Position numbers and translations under genes: made by a program. Shown here one piece after another: positions 40,947 to 50,528 of a DNA stretch of 64,000 nt. Origin of the DNA: Candidatus Poribacteria bacterium. Lineage in GTDB: Bacteria; Poribacteria; WGA-4E; UBA9662. Position 1 is the first letter of the stretch; the number at the start of each line of letters is the position of its first letter. The notes below the pieces were generated by a model. The model was not told the origin of the DNA. It saw nothing but the letters and a program-made list of their open reading frames with translations, and ran no database searches. The DNA lies in the NCBI GenBank assembly GCA_036339735.1, contig JAYZAL010000036.1:96001-160000 (forward strand), in the 5' to 3' direction.

Positions 40947-42437
40947 TTATTTTACAAAGAAATCGAAGTATTGCAAACAAGCATAGTCAGGTTGATCTAA
41001 ACCGTATGCTTTTGCCGTAATACATAGTTTAACGTTTGGGTGTCGTTGACGGATATACACAGAAAAGTCGAACAACCAATTGTAAGTCAAAAATGTTGAC
41101 TCCACAGGCCCTCCGTGATTATGCGTAATGTTAGCACAACCCTGTAACCCATTGTTATCCTTTTCAAGTAGTGGTCCAGACAATATAACCAGATTCACCG
41201 GAGAATGTACCAAAAGATCATCTACGGCATCTCGTAAAAAAAAACCATAGTCACTCAATAAGCAATAAATGGGCTGATCTGATTCAGCAGGTCTAGATTG
41301 GAGCCAATTCGGTTGATTTAGTATGTTTTTACCAACAGTAGCTACAGGCAATCGAATAGCTTTCGGTTGAGACACGAGGGATGATGACAGTTGGTCCTGG
41401 AATGTAGCAATTGTCTCATTTTCAAAATTAAATACATGATAGGAAGCTAAATCTTCAGTTTCCAAGTATGGGGACGGTAAGTGGGTTCCTATATTTTCAG
41501 TAAACCGACCAAAGTAAAGTGATATGGTAGGTATAACAACTGATTGACTCGGCCAAGCAGTAATAATCTCTGACATTTGCACGTCAAAGGATGTAAGGCC
41601 AACAGAAACATAATCGTATTTCTTGTATAAGTCAGTTGTCTTGAAAGGTCCAGGAGTGTGATTAACAATTGACACTAACCTATTTATTGAACCAATTGTC
41701 GGTGATATTTCTAGGTACTGACCATAAATTTTACTAAATAAGCTTCTGTTTACCAAAGCCGACCGGGAATTGTAAAAAAGGGGTAATGATTCAGTGTAAA
41801 CCTCTTCTATATTAAGCGGAATATTACCTTGATTTTTGAAGACTAACCATTTGTCAATTCGAGCTTGATGTGGATAGATACGATAACAAATTTGAATAGA
41901 AAAGCGTAGATTGGTATGACTACTAGTATCTGGGAATGGATTGGTAAATTCAGCCAAGAGGCCATCAGCCGGCGAACCAATTATAGGATTTTGATAATTC
42001 ATCCAGAAGCGCAATATACGAGACCCATCATAGCCAGGTTCGATTTTATACCTCTGATATAAAAACTGGCTATCAAGGCCAGAAAAACGATAACCTGAGA
42101 CTTGGAAACAAAATTCTTGACTCGGTTGTTCAAGATAATATTCACCACTCAATTTATCAACAATAGAGACTGTATGTAACCGCCTGTCGCTAGCTGACAA
42201 TTGAAATCTTCGTTCAATCAAACCATTCCCTATGTAAAACTGTTTCTTTTGTCCGTCAAAACCTGCATAGGCTGTTCTATCAGTAACCGAGCGCACAGCC
42301 TGTCTCAAGTCAGCAACAGTAACCTTAGGGCCTTTGGGTGAATAGGTACAACCACTGATAACCAGCAAAAAAATAGTTAAAAGATAATTTATTTGGACAA
42401 ATTGATGGTGGATCATTTTTAAAATTGATTGGAACAA
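40947..42437 (-). CDS. Putative lipoprotein with remote GH36 alpha-galactosidase-like architecture
   Basis: Lipobox LVISGC; IGNGLIERRF, SQEFCF, IDKWLVFKN in the N-domain; RQRHPNV near the C-terminus. Confidence 0.5.
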   Translation of the reverse strand: MFQSILKMIHHQFVQINYLLTIFLLVISGCTYSPKGPKVTVADLRQAVRSVTDRTAYAGFDGQKKQFYIGNGLIERRFQLSASDRRLHTVSIVDKLSGEYYLEQPSQEFCFQVSGYRFSGLDSQFLYQRYKIEPGYDGSRILRFWMNYQNPIIGSPADGLLAEFTNPFPDTSSHTNLRFSIQICYRIYPHQARIDKWLVFKNQGNIPLNIEEVYTESLPLFYNSRSALVNRSLFSKIYGQYLEISPTIGSINRLVSIVNHTPGPFKTTDLYKKYDYVSVGLTSFDVQMSEIITAWPSQSVVIPTISLYFGRFTENIGTHLPSPYLETEDLASYHVFNFENETIATFQDQLSSSLVSQPKAIRLPVATVGKNILNQPNWLQSRPAESDQPIYCLLSDYGFFLRDAVDDLLVHSPVNLVILSGPLLEKDNNGLQGCANITHNHGGPVESTFLTYNWLFDFSVYIRQRHPNVKLCITAKAYGLDQPDYACLQYFDFFVK

Positions 42438-42489
42438 TAATATACTAAATTAATTATGAAATTCTATTATATCCCTTAGAATCCGGTAT

Positions 42490-42518
42490 TTGACACATAC
42501 ATGCCAATGTTCTATAAT
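42490..42518 (+). promoter_or_regulatory. Consensus sigma70 promoter upstream of the sulfite reductase-like operon
   Basis: TTGACA-N17-TATAAT, exact consensus. Confidence 0.8.
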
Positions 42519-42684
42519 CAGCCGATAATTACTGATTAGTATACTAGAGTAGGGTGTAAATTCATCTTATCAGGTTAATTCCACTTTTGTGGCCTTGTTG
42601 ATGTAACCTTTATTTGTTAAAATAATTTTACGCTTTTTTGTGTATTTGTGGGACACTTATATTTCGTCAAAAAACCAAGGAGAA

Positions 42685-45126
42685 ATGGATATGCCAGAAC
42701 TCATATCGTACAGTGCTAAATCAATTCCGGAGGAGGAAGCTCGATCAATAGATATCTATGAAATTCAGCTTGGTCGTGTTCAATCTGGACAAGTGGCTGA
42801 GGAGGTATTTACGGAGTTTAGGTTGCGTCATGGTGTGTATGGCCAGAGGGATGAAGGCTCGCAAATGATCAGAGTTAAAATTCCGTATGGCGGTCTAGAC
42901 GCTAAACAGTTGGAAATGCTGGCAGATGTTGGTGAAGAGTTCTCTGACAACATCATTCATATAACCACTCGACAAGATGTTCAGTACCACTACGTCGATA
43001 TAAATAATACTCCTGAGCTAATGCGACGATTAGCATCAGTTGGAATCACGACGAAAGAGGCCTGTGGCAACGTAGTTCGAAATGTCACAGCTTGTCCTCT
43101 ATCTGGTGTGTGTAATGAGGAAAGTTTTGACGTTACGCCCTATGCTCAGGCTCTTTCAGCTTTCTTACTAGGTCATCCTGATGGGCAAGATTTTGGCCGA
43201 AAGTTCAAAATCTCTTTTTCTGGTTGTCACGATCACGCTTGTGGTTTTGGCCAAATGCATGATATTGGAGCAGTTGCAGTTACTAAGAAAAAGAATGGTC
43301 AATTAGAGCGTGGTTTCAAGATGTACGTAGGTGGAGGGCTCGGTGCTGTTCCACACAGAGCAAAAGTCTTAGAAGAGTTTCTGCCGGTGGAGGAGTTGTT
43401 GCCAATTTCCCAAGCCATGGCTAAAGTTTTTTCACGACTTGGAGAAAGAAAAAACCGTAACAAGGCGCGTATGAAGTTTGTGGTAGCAAAATTGGGCATC
43501 GAGGAATTCCGCCGACAGGTTTATGCTGAAAGAGAAAAACTACGTTATGATCCGGCTTGGACTGCATATTTAGATGATCTAGAAAGATTCAACGAGACTC
43601 CACTGAAGCCACCGACTCAACTTGAGATAGCTAAAAAGCCAGATGGGTTTGAGCGTTGGTATGCTAGTAACGTGAAGCCACAGGCCCAACCCGGTTATGC
43701 TGTTGTCCAAATTAGCCTACCGATCGGGGATATCACCTCAGACCAGCTACGTGGTGTGGCTGATATTGCACGTCGTTACGTAAAGGATACGATCCGAGCT
43801 ACAGTTGAACAGAATATCCTCTTGCGCTGGGTTTCTATGAGTGACCTGCCGGCGGTTTACAATGAATTAGCCTCCATTGGGTTAGGTGAAGGTGACGCTG
43901 AAAAATTGATGGATATCACAGCATGTCCTGGAACTGATTCCTGTAAATTAGGCATTGCCTCATCTCGTGGTTTAGCGGTTTCACTACGTGATCACTTTTC
44001 TAGCAGCGAAATGACTGAATCAATTAAGGACCTACGGGTGAAAATCAGTGGCTGTCCTAATTCTTGTGGTACACATCACATAGCCAATATCGGTTTCTTC
44101 GGTTCATCTAGGCGTATGAAAGGGCATATTGCTCCATATTACCAAGTAACATTAGGCGGACACGATATGGAGAATGCTGGATCTTATGGGTTAGCTGCTG
44201 GCAAAATTCACGCCAGACATATTCCACAATTTATTGAAGAATTAACAGGACGCTACCTAGACGAACGAGCGAATGAAGACGACACTTTCACTGATTATAT
44301 AGAACGCTTAGGAAAGCCTGAGATTAAGTCGATTCTAAAACAATACGATCAGATTCCGACTTATGAAGAAGACCCTAGTTACTATATAGATACGGGTGAT
44401 ACCAAAGAATTTAAGTTGCAAAAGGGCGTCGGCGAATGTGCCGGCCAGTTAGTTGAGTTAGTTTCCTTCAAGTTGGAAGAAGGCGATCGGCTTATCTACG
44501 AAGCTGGAGTTCACTTAGAAGAAAAAGATTTTGAGGCTTCAGTAGCCAGAGCTTTTGAAGCAATGATCCGTGCAGCTGACGGGTTACTAACAACCGAAGG
44601 CATTCAATATATCGATGACGAAACCACTGTACGTGAATTTCGTGACCGGTACTACGACACCCAAATCTTCTTTTCAGCTTATGCTGAGCATTTATTCAAG
44701 TCTGTGGAAGAAAGAGGTATTGAATTAAATGAAGAGTTGACTCACCGCCGAGTGGAGGAGGCAACCCTATTTGTCGAGCAAGCACATAATGTCTATGGAA
44801 GAATGCAAATCCGGCAAGAAGAAGAACAGGCAAGAAGTGGTAGACGAAAAAAAGAATCAAGACCAGCTAGAATACCCGAGCCCGTCGTGGAAGCTGAATC
44901 TATTGTCGATAGTATGGATCTGAAAGGTGTTGCTTGTCCTTATAACTATGTACAAACTAAAATTCGATTGGAGCAGATGAGTTTAGGTGAATTATTGGAA
45001 ATAACGATTGATGATGGTGAACCTATCCAGAATGTTCCAGCCAGCTTGATCAATGATGGCCATAAAATCATTGATACCAAAAAAATTGGCCAGTACTACC
45101 GTCTAACTATTAGGAAGGGAGAATAG
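42685..45126 (+). CDS. Siroheme/4Fe-4S sulfite (or nitrite) reductase fused to HEPN-like and TusA domains
   Basis: FRLRHGVYGQR, HITTRQD, RKFK, CPGTDSC...SGCPNSC; C-terminal DLKGVACPYNYV TusA motif; AGGAG RBS before ATG 42685. Confidence 0.9.
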   Translation: MDMPELISYSAKSIPEEEARSIDIYEIQLGRVQSGQVAEEVFTEFRLRHGVYGQRDEGSQMIRVKIPYGGLDAKQLEMLADVGEEFSDNIIHITTRQDVQYHYVDINNTPELMRRLASVGITTKEACGNVVRNVTACPLSGVCNEESFDVTPYAQALSAFLLGHPDGQDFGRKFKISFSGCHDHACGFGQMHDIGAVAVTKKKNGQLERGFKMYVGGGLGAVPHRAKVLEEFLPVEELLPISQAMAKVFSRLGERKNRNKARMKFVVAKLGIEEFRRQVYAEREKLRYDPAWTAYLDDLERFNETPLKPPTQLEIAKKPDGFERWYASNVKPQAQPGYAVVQISLPIGDITSDQLRGVADIARRYVKDTIRATVEQNILLRWVSMSDLPAVYNELASIGLGEGDAEKLMDITACPGTDSCKLGIASSRGLAVSLRDHFSSSEMTESIKDLRVKISGCPNSCGTHHIANIGFFGSSRRMKGHIAPYYQVTLGGHDMENAGSYGLAAGKIHARHIPQFIEELTGRYLDERANEDDTFTDYIERLGKPEIKSILKQYDQIPTYEEDPSYYIDTGDTKEFKLQKGVGECAGQLVELVSFKLEEGDRLIYEAGVHLEEKDFEASVARAFEAMIRAADGLLTTEGIQYIDDETTVREFRDRYYDTQIFFSAYAEHLFKSVEERGIELNEELTHRRVEEATLFVEQAHNVYGRMQIRQEEEQARSGRRKKESRPARIPEPVVEAESIVDSMDLKGVACPYNYVQTKIRLEQMSLGELLEITIDDGEPIQNVPASLINDGHKIIDTKKIGQYYRLTIRKGE

Positions 45127-45240
45127 ACAAAATCAAATTCTCTTTCACTAGAGTTGTTCCCGAAATTACGAAGAGAGGATGTCTTTAGGTATCTTCTCTT
45201 CTTTTTTTAATGGTCGAAACCAAGATTCGTGGTGAATAAT

Positions 45241-45822
45241 ATGGATTTGCAACAAATTAACATTAAAATTTTCGTTTCCGAAGACAGTCAGATCGTGTAT
45301 ACAAACTTCATAAAAGTTTTTAACCGATGGATGGAAGAAGCTGAGCAAGATGACTATCTCAATTACGCGGACTATTCGTTTACGCACGCCGGGCCCGGTG
45401 TGTTGCTGATTTCCAAGCAAGCAAATTATAGTATTGACTATTCTGATTTGCAGCACGGGTTTTTATATAATCAAAAACACAATGTATCTGGGGAAAATCA
45501 AGAGAAAATCCACAACTCATTCATAAAAGCCTTAAGCCTTGCCGAAAAGCTACAGTCTTCAAGCGAATTAGAAGAACAGGTTCGCTTTGACGGTAGTCAG
45601 ACGCTCTTCTTTATCAACAACCGAAATATCGCCACTAATACGGATAAATCGTTTGAATTAGTCCAAAAAGAACTTCGCCCCATTCTAGAACTAATGTACG
45701 GGAATAATGATTTTTTTCTCTCACGTGCATATGAGGATCCACGAAAGCGATTTGGTATTCGAGTTTCCTCTAAAAGTAGTAATGGAGACCTAAGCAATTT
45801 GCTAGGAAATTTGTCTGCCTAA
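45241..45822 (+). CDS. Conserved-looking hypothetical protein in the sulfite reductase operon
   Basis: About 193-aa ORF (KVFNRW, ADYSFTHAGPGVLLI, GFLYNQK); no recognisable family. Confidence 0.7.
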   Translation: MDLQQINIKIFVSEDSQIVYTNFIKVFNRWMEEAEQDDYLNYADYSFTHAGPGVLLISKQANYSIDYSDLQHGFLYNQKHNVSGENQEKIHNSFIKALSLAEKLQSSSELEEQVRFDGSQTLFFINNRNIATNTDKSFELVQKELRPILELMYGNNDFFLSRAYEDPRKRFGIRVSSKSSNGDLSNLLGNLSA

Positions 45823-45858
45823 ATATTTCATGAATCGTTTATTGAGGTCATAAATAGG

Positions 45859-46665
45859 ATGTATAAATTCTCGAATGAGCAGATTGAACGATATAGCCGA
45901 CACATAATTTTGAAAGAGGTTGGCGGTCTTGGGCAGACCAAGCTACTTGAATCAAAAATACTTATGATCGGCGCCGGTGGCTTGGGGTCCCCAGTAGCTC
46001 TTTATCTAGCTGCAGCAGGAATCGGCAAACTGGGTATCATGGATGATGATACAGTAGATGTCAGCAACTTACAGCGTCAGGTTTTGCACAGCACTAAAGA
46101 TGTTGGACAACCTAAGGTCTTTTCTGCCAAATCAACACTTAACGAAATCAATCCTGACGTCCAAGTCGTAACGTACCAAGAACGTCTTTCGTCCTCGAAT
46201 GTACTATCGATTTTTGAACAATATGACCTCATCATTGATGGGTGTGATAACTTTCCTACTCGTTATTTGATTAATGATTCTTGTGTTATGCTAAATAAGC
46301 CCAATGTACACGGGAGTATTTTTCAATTTGAAGGCCAAGTGACAGTCTTTTCACCGAAGGAAGGTCCTTGTTATCGATGCCTATACCCCTCACCACCACC
46401 ACCTGGTATGGCTCCTAGCTGTCAAGAAGCGGGTGTTTTCGGTGTATTACCGGGTATCATCGGTTGTATCCAAGCTGTCGAAAGCATTAAAATGCTACTG
46501 AAGATTGGTGATCCGCTCATCGGTCAGCTTCTATTATTCGATGCATTAGGTATGAATTTCAGGCGAATGAAACTTCGCCGTGATGCAGAATGCCCTATTT
46601 GTGGAGATAATCCAACAATAAAAGAATTGATCGATTATGACGAATTTTGTCAAGTCAGCTGGTGA
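45859..46665 (+). CDS. moeB: MoeB/ThiF family sulfur-carrier adenylyltransferase
   Basis: RYSRHI, GAGGLGSP, SNLQRQ, DGCDNF, PCYRC, CPIC; no rhodanese domain. Confidence 0.9.
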   Translation: MYKFSNEQIERYSRHIILKEVGGLGQTKLLESKILMIGAGGLGSPVALYLAAAGIGKLGIMDDDTVDVSNLQRQVLHSTKDVGQPKVFSAKSTLNEINPDVQVVTYQERLSSSNVLSIFEQYDLIIDGCDNFPTRYLINDSCVMLNKPNVHGSIFQFEGQVTVFSPKEGPCYRCLYPSPPPPGMAPSCQEAGVFGVLPGIIGCIQAVESIKMLLKIGDPLIGQLLLFDALGMNFRRMKLRRDAECPICGDNPTIKELIDYDEFCQVSW

Positions 46666-46677
46666 AAGGCAAAAGGA

Positions 46678-47319
46678 ATGGGAAAAATCCACGTAGCAGT
46701 CGTAACTGGCCATCATAACTTTGACGTTCCGGGTTTTCAAAAACTACTGGATAGCATGCCCCAAGCGACCTTTTATTTGCAAGATCTGCATAACTTTGTG
46801 TCGGATGAAGGAAAGTTTAATGAGACGTATAAAGCTGTTATTTTCTACAATTTTCATCAAGAGTCCCCAGTAACCAGTCAAGCACAAGACGCGAGGTTAG
46901 TTCAGGCTATTGATAAACTGGCGCAAAACGGTCAAGGTTTATTGATCCTGCATCACGCACTGCTAGCATTTCCAGATTGGACCGTCTGGAATCAGATCGT
47001 TGGTATTTCTAATCGGAAGTTTCGGTATGCGACTAATCAAACTGTGGAAACCGAAGTCGTTGCAAAAAATCACCCGATTACTGATGGGCTACAGAGATGG
47101 GAAATGATTGACGAAATTTATGGTATGATCGACGCTAGAAATGATAGCCAATTTATCCTCTCGACTAGACATCCAGATAGTATGAAATATCTAGCATGGA
47201 CGAGAGAATACAAAAACAGTCGCGTATTCTGCTACCAATCAGGTCATGACAATTTAGCCTTCTCCAACCCTAGCTTTCGCCAAGTCATTTCACAAGCTAT
47301 CAATTGGTTAATAGAATAG
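46678..47319 (+). CDS. ThuA-like (class I glutamine amidotransferase fold) protein
   Basis: VTGHHNF, GLLILHH, HPIT, DEIY, LAWTRE...RVFCYQSGHD. Confidence 0.8.
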   Translation: MGKIHVAVVTGHHNFDVPGFQKLLDSMPQATFYLQDLHNFVSDEGKFNETYKAVIFYNFHQESPVTSQAQDARLVQAIDKLAQNGQGLLILHHALLAFPDWTVWNQIVGISNRKFRYATNQTVETEVVAKNHPITDGLQRWEMIDEIYGMIDARNDSQFILSTRHPDSMKYLAWTREYKNSRVFCYQSGHDNLAFSNPSFRQVISQAINWLIE

Positions 47320-47532
47320 TTGGCGCTCGATAATTTTATCAAAAATCTAGTTGCTGAAGTTTGTTTGTCTCTATCTAAGCTGATAGTATAGTTTGTTATT
47401 AGCTACGAATTGTGTGAAAACTAAACCAATATGCAAACTTATTTTGTGGAACCTGCTTAATTTGCCATTTTATAAATTTATACTAGAAACCTAACACTGT
47501 ATACCTCTGTTCATTTTTGCACAATTTACTAG

Positions 47533-48282
47533 ATGAGCCAACAAAATATTATTCAATTAACTGAAGCTGTCACTGAGAAACTACGGGTAGAGACGACAAA
47601 ACTATTTCCAGAACTAATTGCTGAATGTAAGCAAATCGGCTGGGTCTATAATCCACTTGACTATGCCTGGTTATCTCACAGAGAATGGATCCACCGATTT
47701 TCTGGTAACGGTGCAAAAATTCTATTAGTCGGAATGAATCCAGGACACGGAATGGGAAATACAGGCGTACCTTTTGGTTGTCCTGAACAAGTTCGAGATT
47801 TTCTAAACATCAAGAATGTTTCAATCGGTCATCCACCCAAACAACACCCTAAGCGGCCAGTAATAGGTCTAGAGTGTACTAAACCAGAAGTTAGTGGTCG
47901 ACGGATCTGGACATTTTTAGCTCAAAAATATGGGGCAGCGGAAAATGTGAGTCGAAAAGTGTTTGTGGCTAACCATTGTCCATTATGGATGTTTGATAAT
48001 AACGGAAAAAATGTCACACCTGATAAATTGACAGGTTCAGCTGCCAAAAAACTAATGTCTATGTGTGACGATTACCTAAAGACCTTGGTTGAGATAATGA
48101 ATATTAAAAATGTTATTGGCATTGGTCGGTATGCCGAAAGGCAAGCTAAAGTACTTTTTGAAAATACAGAAATTACCGTTGATTGGGTTCCTCACCCAAG
48201 TCCAGCATCTCCTTTTTCTAACCGAAACGGTGGGGCTGATTGGCGTAACGCATTTAGCACAGTACTCGATAATAATTCCTAA
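47533..48282 (+). CDS. SMUG1-type (family 3) uracil-DNA glycosylase
   Basis: YNPLDYAW, GMNPG..GVPFG, EVSGRR, NHCPL, NVTPDKL, HPSPASP. Confidence 0.9.
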   Translation: MSQQNIIQLTEAVTEKLRVETTKLFPELIAECKQIGWVYNPLDYAWLSHREWIHRFSGNGAKILLVGMNPGHGMGNTGVPFGCPEQVRDFLNIKNVSIGHPPKQHPKRPVIGLECTKPEVSGRRIWTFLAQKYGAAENVSRKVFVANHCPLWMFDNNGKNVTPDKLTGSAAKKLMSMCDDYLKTLVEIMNIKNVIGIGRYAERQAKVLFENTEITVDWVPHPSPASPFSNRNGGADWRNAFSTVLDNNS

Positions 48283-48331
48283 AGTGAAATGCGTAGAATT
48301 TGAGTTGACCTACTGATAGGCCAATAGTATA

Positions 48332-49168
48332 ATGTCAATCATGGAAGCCTTAAACGGTCAGCCGGCCCCATCTCTCCGTCAGCAGATGCGGGAGTTTTAC
48401 CAGACATCTGAAACCTACAAAAACCTTTTAAAGTATCACGATACAGCTTATCTAAAAACCTTCGTTGGTTTGGTCAGCGGTCATGCCCGAAGTAATTCAC
48501 AACTGTTGGAAGTTGGTTGTGGTAACGGTATTGCGAGTAGAATGTTGGCTGCACAAGGACATTGTGTGGTTGGGACTGATATTTCTCCCTTGTTTCTACA
48601 AGAAGCCCAAACTTGGCAGGATCAAAAACTCACTTATCAAATAGCCGACGCTATTGAACTTCCTTTTCCAAATCAACATTTTGATTTGGTTTGCTCAAAT
48701 GAGCTAATTGAACATGTTCCGGATGTAGAAGCGACTTTGCAAGAAATGATTCGAGTAACCAAGAATGGAGGTCGAATTATAGTAGCTGGCCCTAACCTTT
48801 GCTCTCCTATTACATCTGTTTTGGATTTACTCCGCTTGATTGTTGGAGGTCGTGGGCGGCCGATTTGGGCCGAAACAAAAAAGCAAGCATTTCAAGGGCT
48901 AATTCGTAATATAGAGTACTACTTTCAGAAACGGTCATCTAAGGAACCAAATTTTATTTTTCGCCAACCTGATTTGGAAAATCAAATTATCGGTGGTGAT
49001 GCGGACAGCGTTTACATTTCGAGTCCAATTGATCTAGAGTGTTTCTTTCAAAATTCTGGTCTGTCAATAGTCAAATTGAGCGTTGGTTTTGGCCTCAAAG
49101 GACGATTAGTTGCAGCTTTTTGCCCTAGACTGAGCCCATACATCAGTATGGTGATTGAAAAGAAATGA
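48332..49168 (+). CDS. Class I SAM-dependent methyltransferase
   Basis: LLEVGCGNG, LPF..FD, IEHVPD, EMIRV. Confidence 0.88.
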   Translation: MSIMEALNGQPAPSLRQQMREFYQTSETYKNLLKYHDTAYLKTFVGLVSGHARSNSQLLEVGCGNGIASRMLAAQGHCVVGTDISPLFLQEAQTWQDQKLTYQIADAIELPFPNQHFDLVCSNELIEHVPDVEATLQEMIRVTKNGGRIIVAGPNLCSPITSVLDLLRLIVGGRGRPIWAETKKQAFQGLIRNIEYYFQKRSSKEPNFIFRQPDLENQIIGGDADSVYISSPIDLECFFQNSGLSIVKLSVGFGLKGRLVAAFCPRLSPYISMVIEKK

Positions 49169-50007
49169 ATGTTCAAGCAAACGATATTGTATTAGAGATT
49201 GGCAGTGGACATAATCCAAGCACTCGGTCCAATGTATTATGCGATAAATTTTTAGTTGATGATACTCAACGTGGTGGGCAAATTGTAGCTGACAGGCCAA
49301 TAGTGGAAGCCGATGGACAATATTTACCTTTTGCTGATAATAGCTTTGATTATGTGATATGCCGACATGTTTTAGAGCATGTTGAAGACCCAGAACTAAT
49401 GATATCTGAACTGGAACGTGTTGCTGATCGTGGATATATCGAGACTCCATCAGAACTCGGTGAGCGTCTATACGGTTGGCCATATCATGATTGGATTTTG
49501 AATCAGGTAAATGATAAATTAATGATTCAAAAGAATCAGCTTGATAATCAATTTGGTCACCTATTTCACATTTTAGCATCTGAGGACCCTAATTTTTCCA
49601 GATTTCATCAGTCATATCACTCGTTATTCCTAATTCAGTACGAATGGAATGAAAAAGTCAAATACGAGTTGGTGAGTTCTGATGAATCCATTCTCAAAAA
49701 GCAATTAGGTGATATAGAGACGCTCCTAGCCAACAAATTGTCTAATCGTTCGTTTGTTCGATGGCACGAAAAAACTCTAAGGAATACCATAGCCAATATC
49801 TTACCAACACAACTTACTAGACGGATAAAGTCTTGGTTCGCTCAACTTCATCAGAGTAATAAGACCCCCGATTTGACCGAAATTATCGTCTGCCCACTAT
49901 GCAAAGTTGATGTAGAATGGGCAAGGGATGTAATCATATGCAAGAACTGTAAAGTAGATTACCCAATAGTTAACCATATTCCACGACTAGTTCCATCAAT
50001 GAACTGA
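49165..50007 (+). CDS. Methyltransferase-domain protein with C-terminal Trm112-like Zn module
   Basis: VLEIGSG, LPFADNSFDY, HVLEH; CPLCK...CKNC..YPIVNHIPRL. Confidence 0.82.
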   Translation: MNVQANDIVLEIGSGHNPSTRSNVLCDKFLVDDTQRGGQIVADRPIVEADGQYLPFADNSFDYVICRHVLEHVEDPELMISELERVADRGYIETPSELGERLYGWPYHDWILNQVNDKLMIQKNQLDNQFGHLFHILASEDPNFSRFHQSYHSLFLIQYEWNEKVKYELVSSDESILKKQLGDIETLLANKLSNRSFVRWHEKTLRNTIANILPTQLTRRIKSWFAQLHQSNKTPDLTEIIVCPLCKVDVEWARDVIICKNCKVDYPIVNHIPRLVPSMN

Positions 50008-50025
50008 GTTTGATTAACCAGAAAA

Positions 50026-50526
50026 ATGTCAGATATAAATCCGAAGCGAGCTTCTACGAACACTTTTGCTGCGCATTTGAGTCGGGCACAAGCAGCAACT
50101 GACGAGTCTGGTAACACACTGACTAAATCTGACCCTATAAAAGCAAGTAGTCTGTCAACTCGGTTAGCCTTAGAAATTGAAGGAACATCACCCCATAGTT
50201 GGGAGGATGCATCTCAAAGAGCATTGGCTAATGCCCACCTGATTGGACCAGCTGAATTTGACATAATATACCAAACGGGAATAGTAGAATATGGTAAGAT
50301 TAAAGAGTACCGAATTGGCCTAAGGGTTTACTCAGACGATCCTACATCACTAACAAATATACATCTGCAAAGACAACAATCGAATATCGTGGGTGAACCG
50401 ACTGATGCTGAAAACTTTGACCCGTTTTTAGAAAGAACGGTTCAATCAGAATCACAAAAACAATTGGCCGAACACTATCAGACGGTTCGAAATCTTGGAG
50501 AGAAAGAAAAAGGAGATAAAGAATAA
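50026..50526 (+). CDS. Dodecin-domain protein with N- and C-terminal extensions
   Basis: LEIEGTSPHSWEDASQRA...QTGIVEYGKIKEYRIGLRV resembles the dodecin core. Confidence 0.7.
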   Translation: MSDINPKRASTNTFAAHLSRAQAATDESGNTLTKSDPIKASSLSTRLALEIEGTSPHSWEDASQRALANAHLIGPAEFDIIYQTGIVEYGKIKEYRIGLRVYSDDPTSLTNIHLQRQQSNIVGEPTDAENFDPFLERTVQSESQKQLAEHYQTVRNLGEKEKGDKE

Positions 50527-50528
50527 CT

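Noticed and set aside
42555-42620. Possible SAM-I riboswitch (CTTATC) before the sulfite reductase
   Set aside because: Only the first hexamer matches; no AGAG, GCAACC or GGTGC core
42685-45126. HEPN toxin or defence interpretation of the reductase's helical domain
   Set aside because: No clear Rx4-6H motif or adjacent MNT gene; HEPN-like domains are known in this reductase class
46663-46680. moeB TGA in frame with the downstream ThuA-like gene (possible read-through)
   Set aside because: The TGA is at a normal MoeB end, not at a Cys position, and no hairpin is evident; in-frame by chance one time in three
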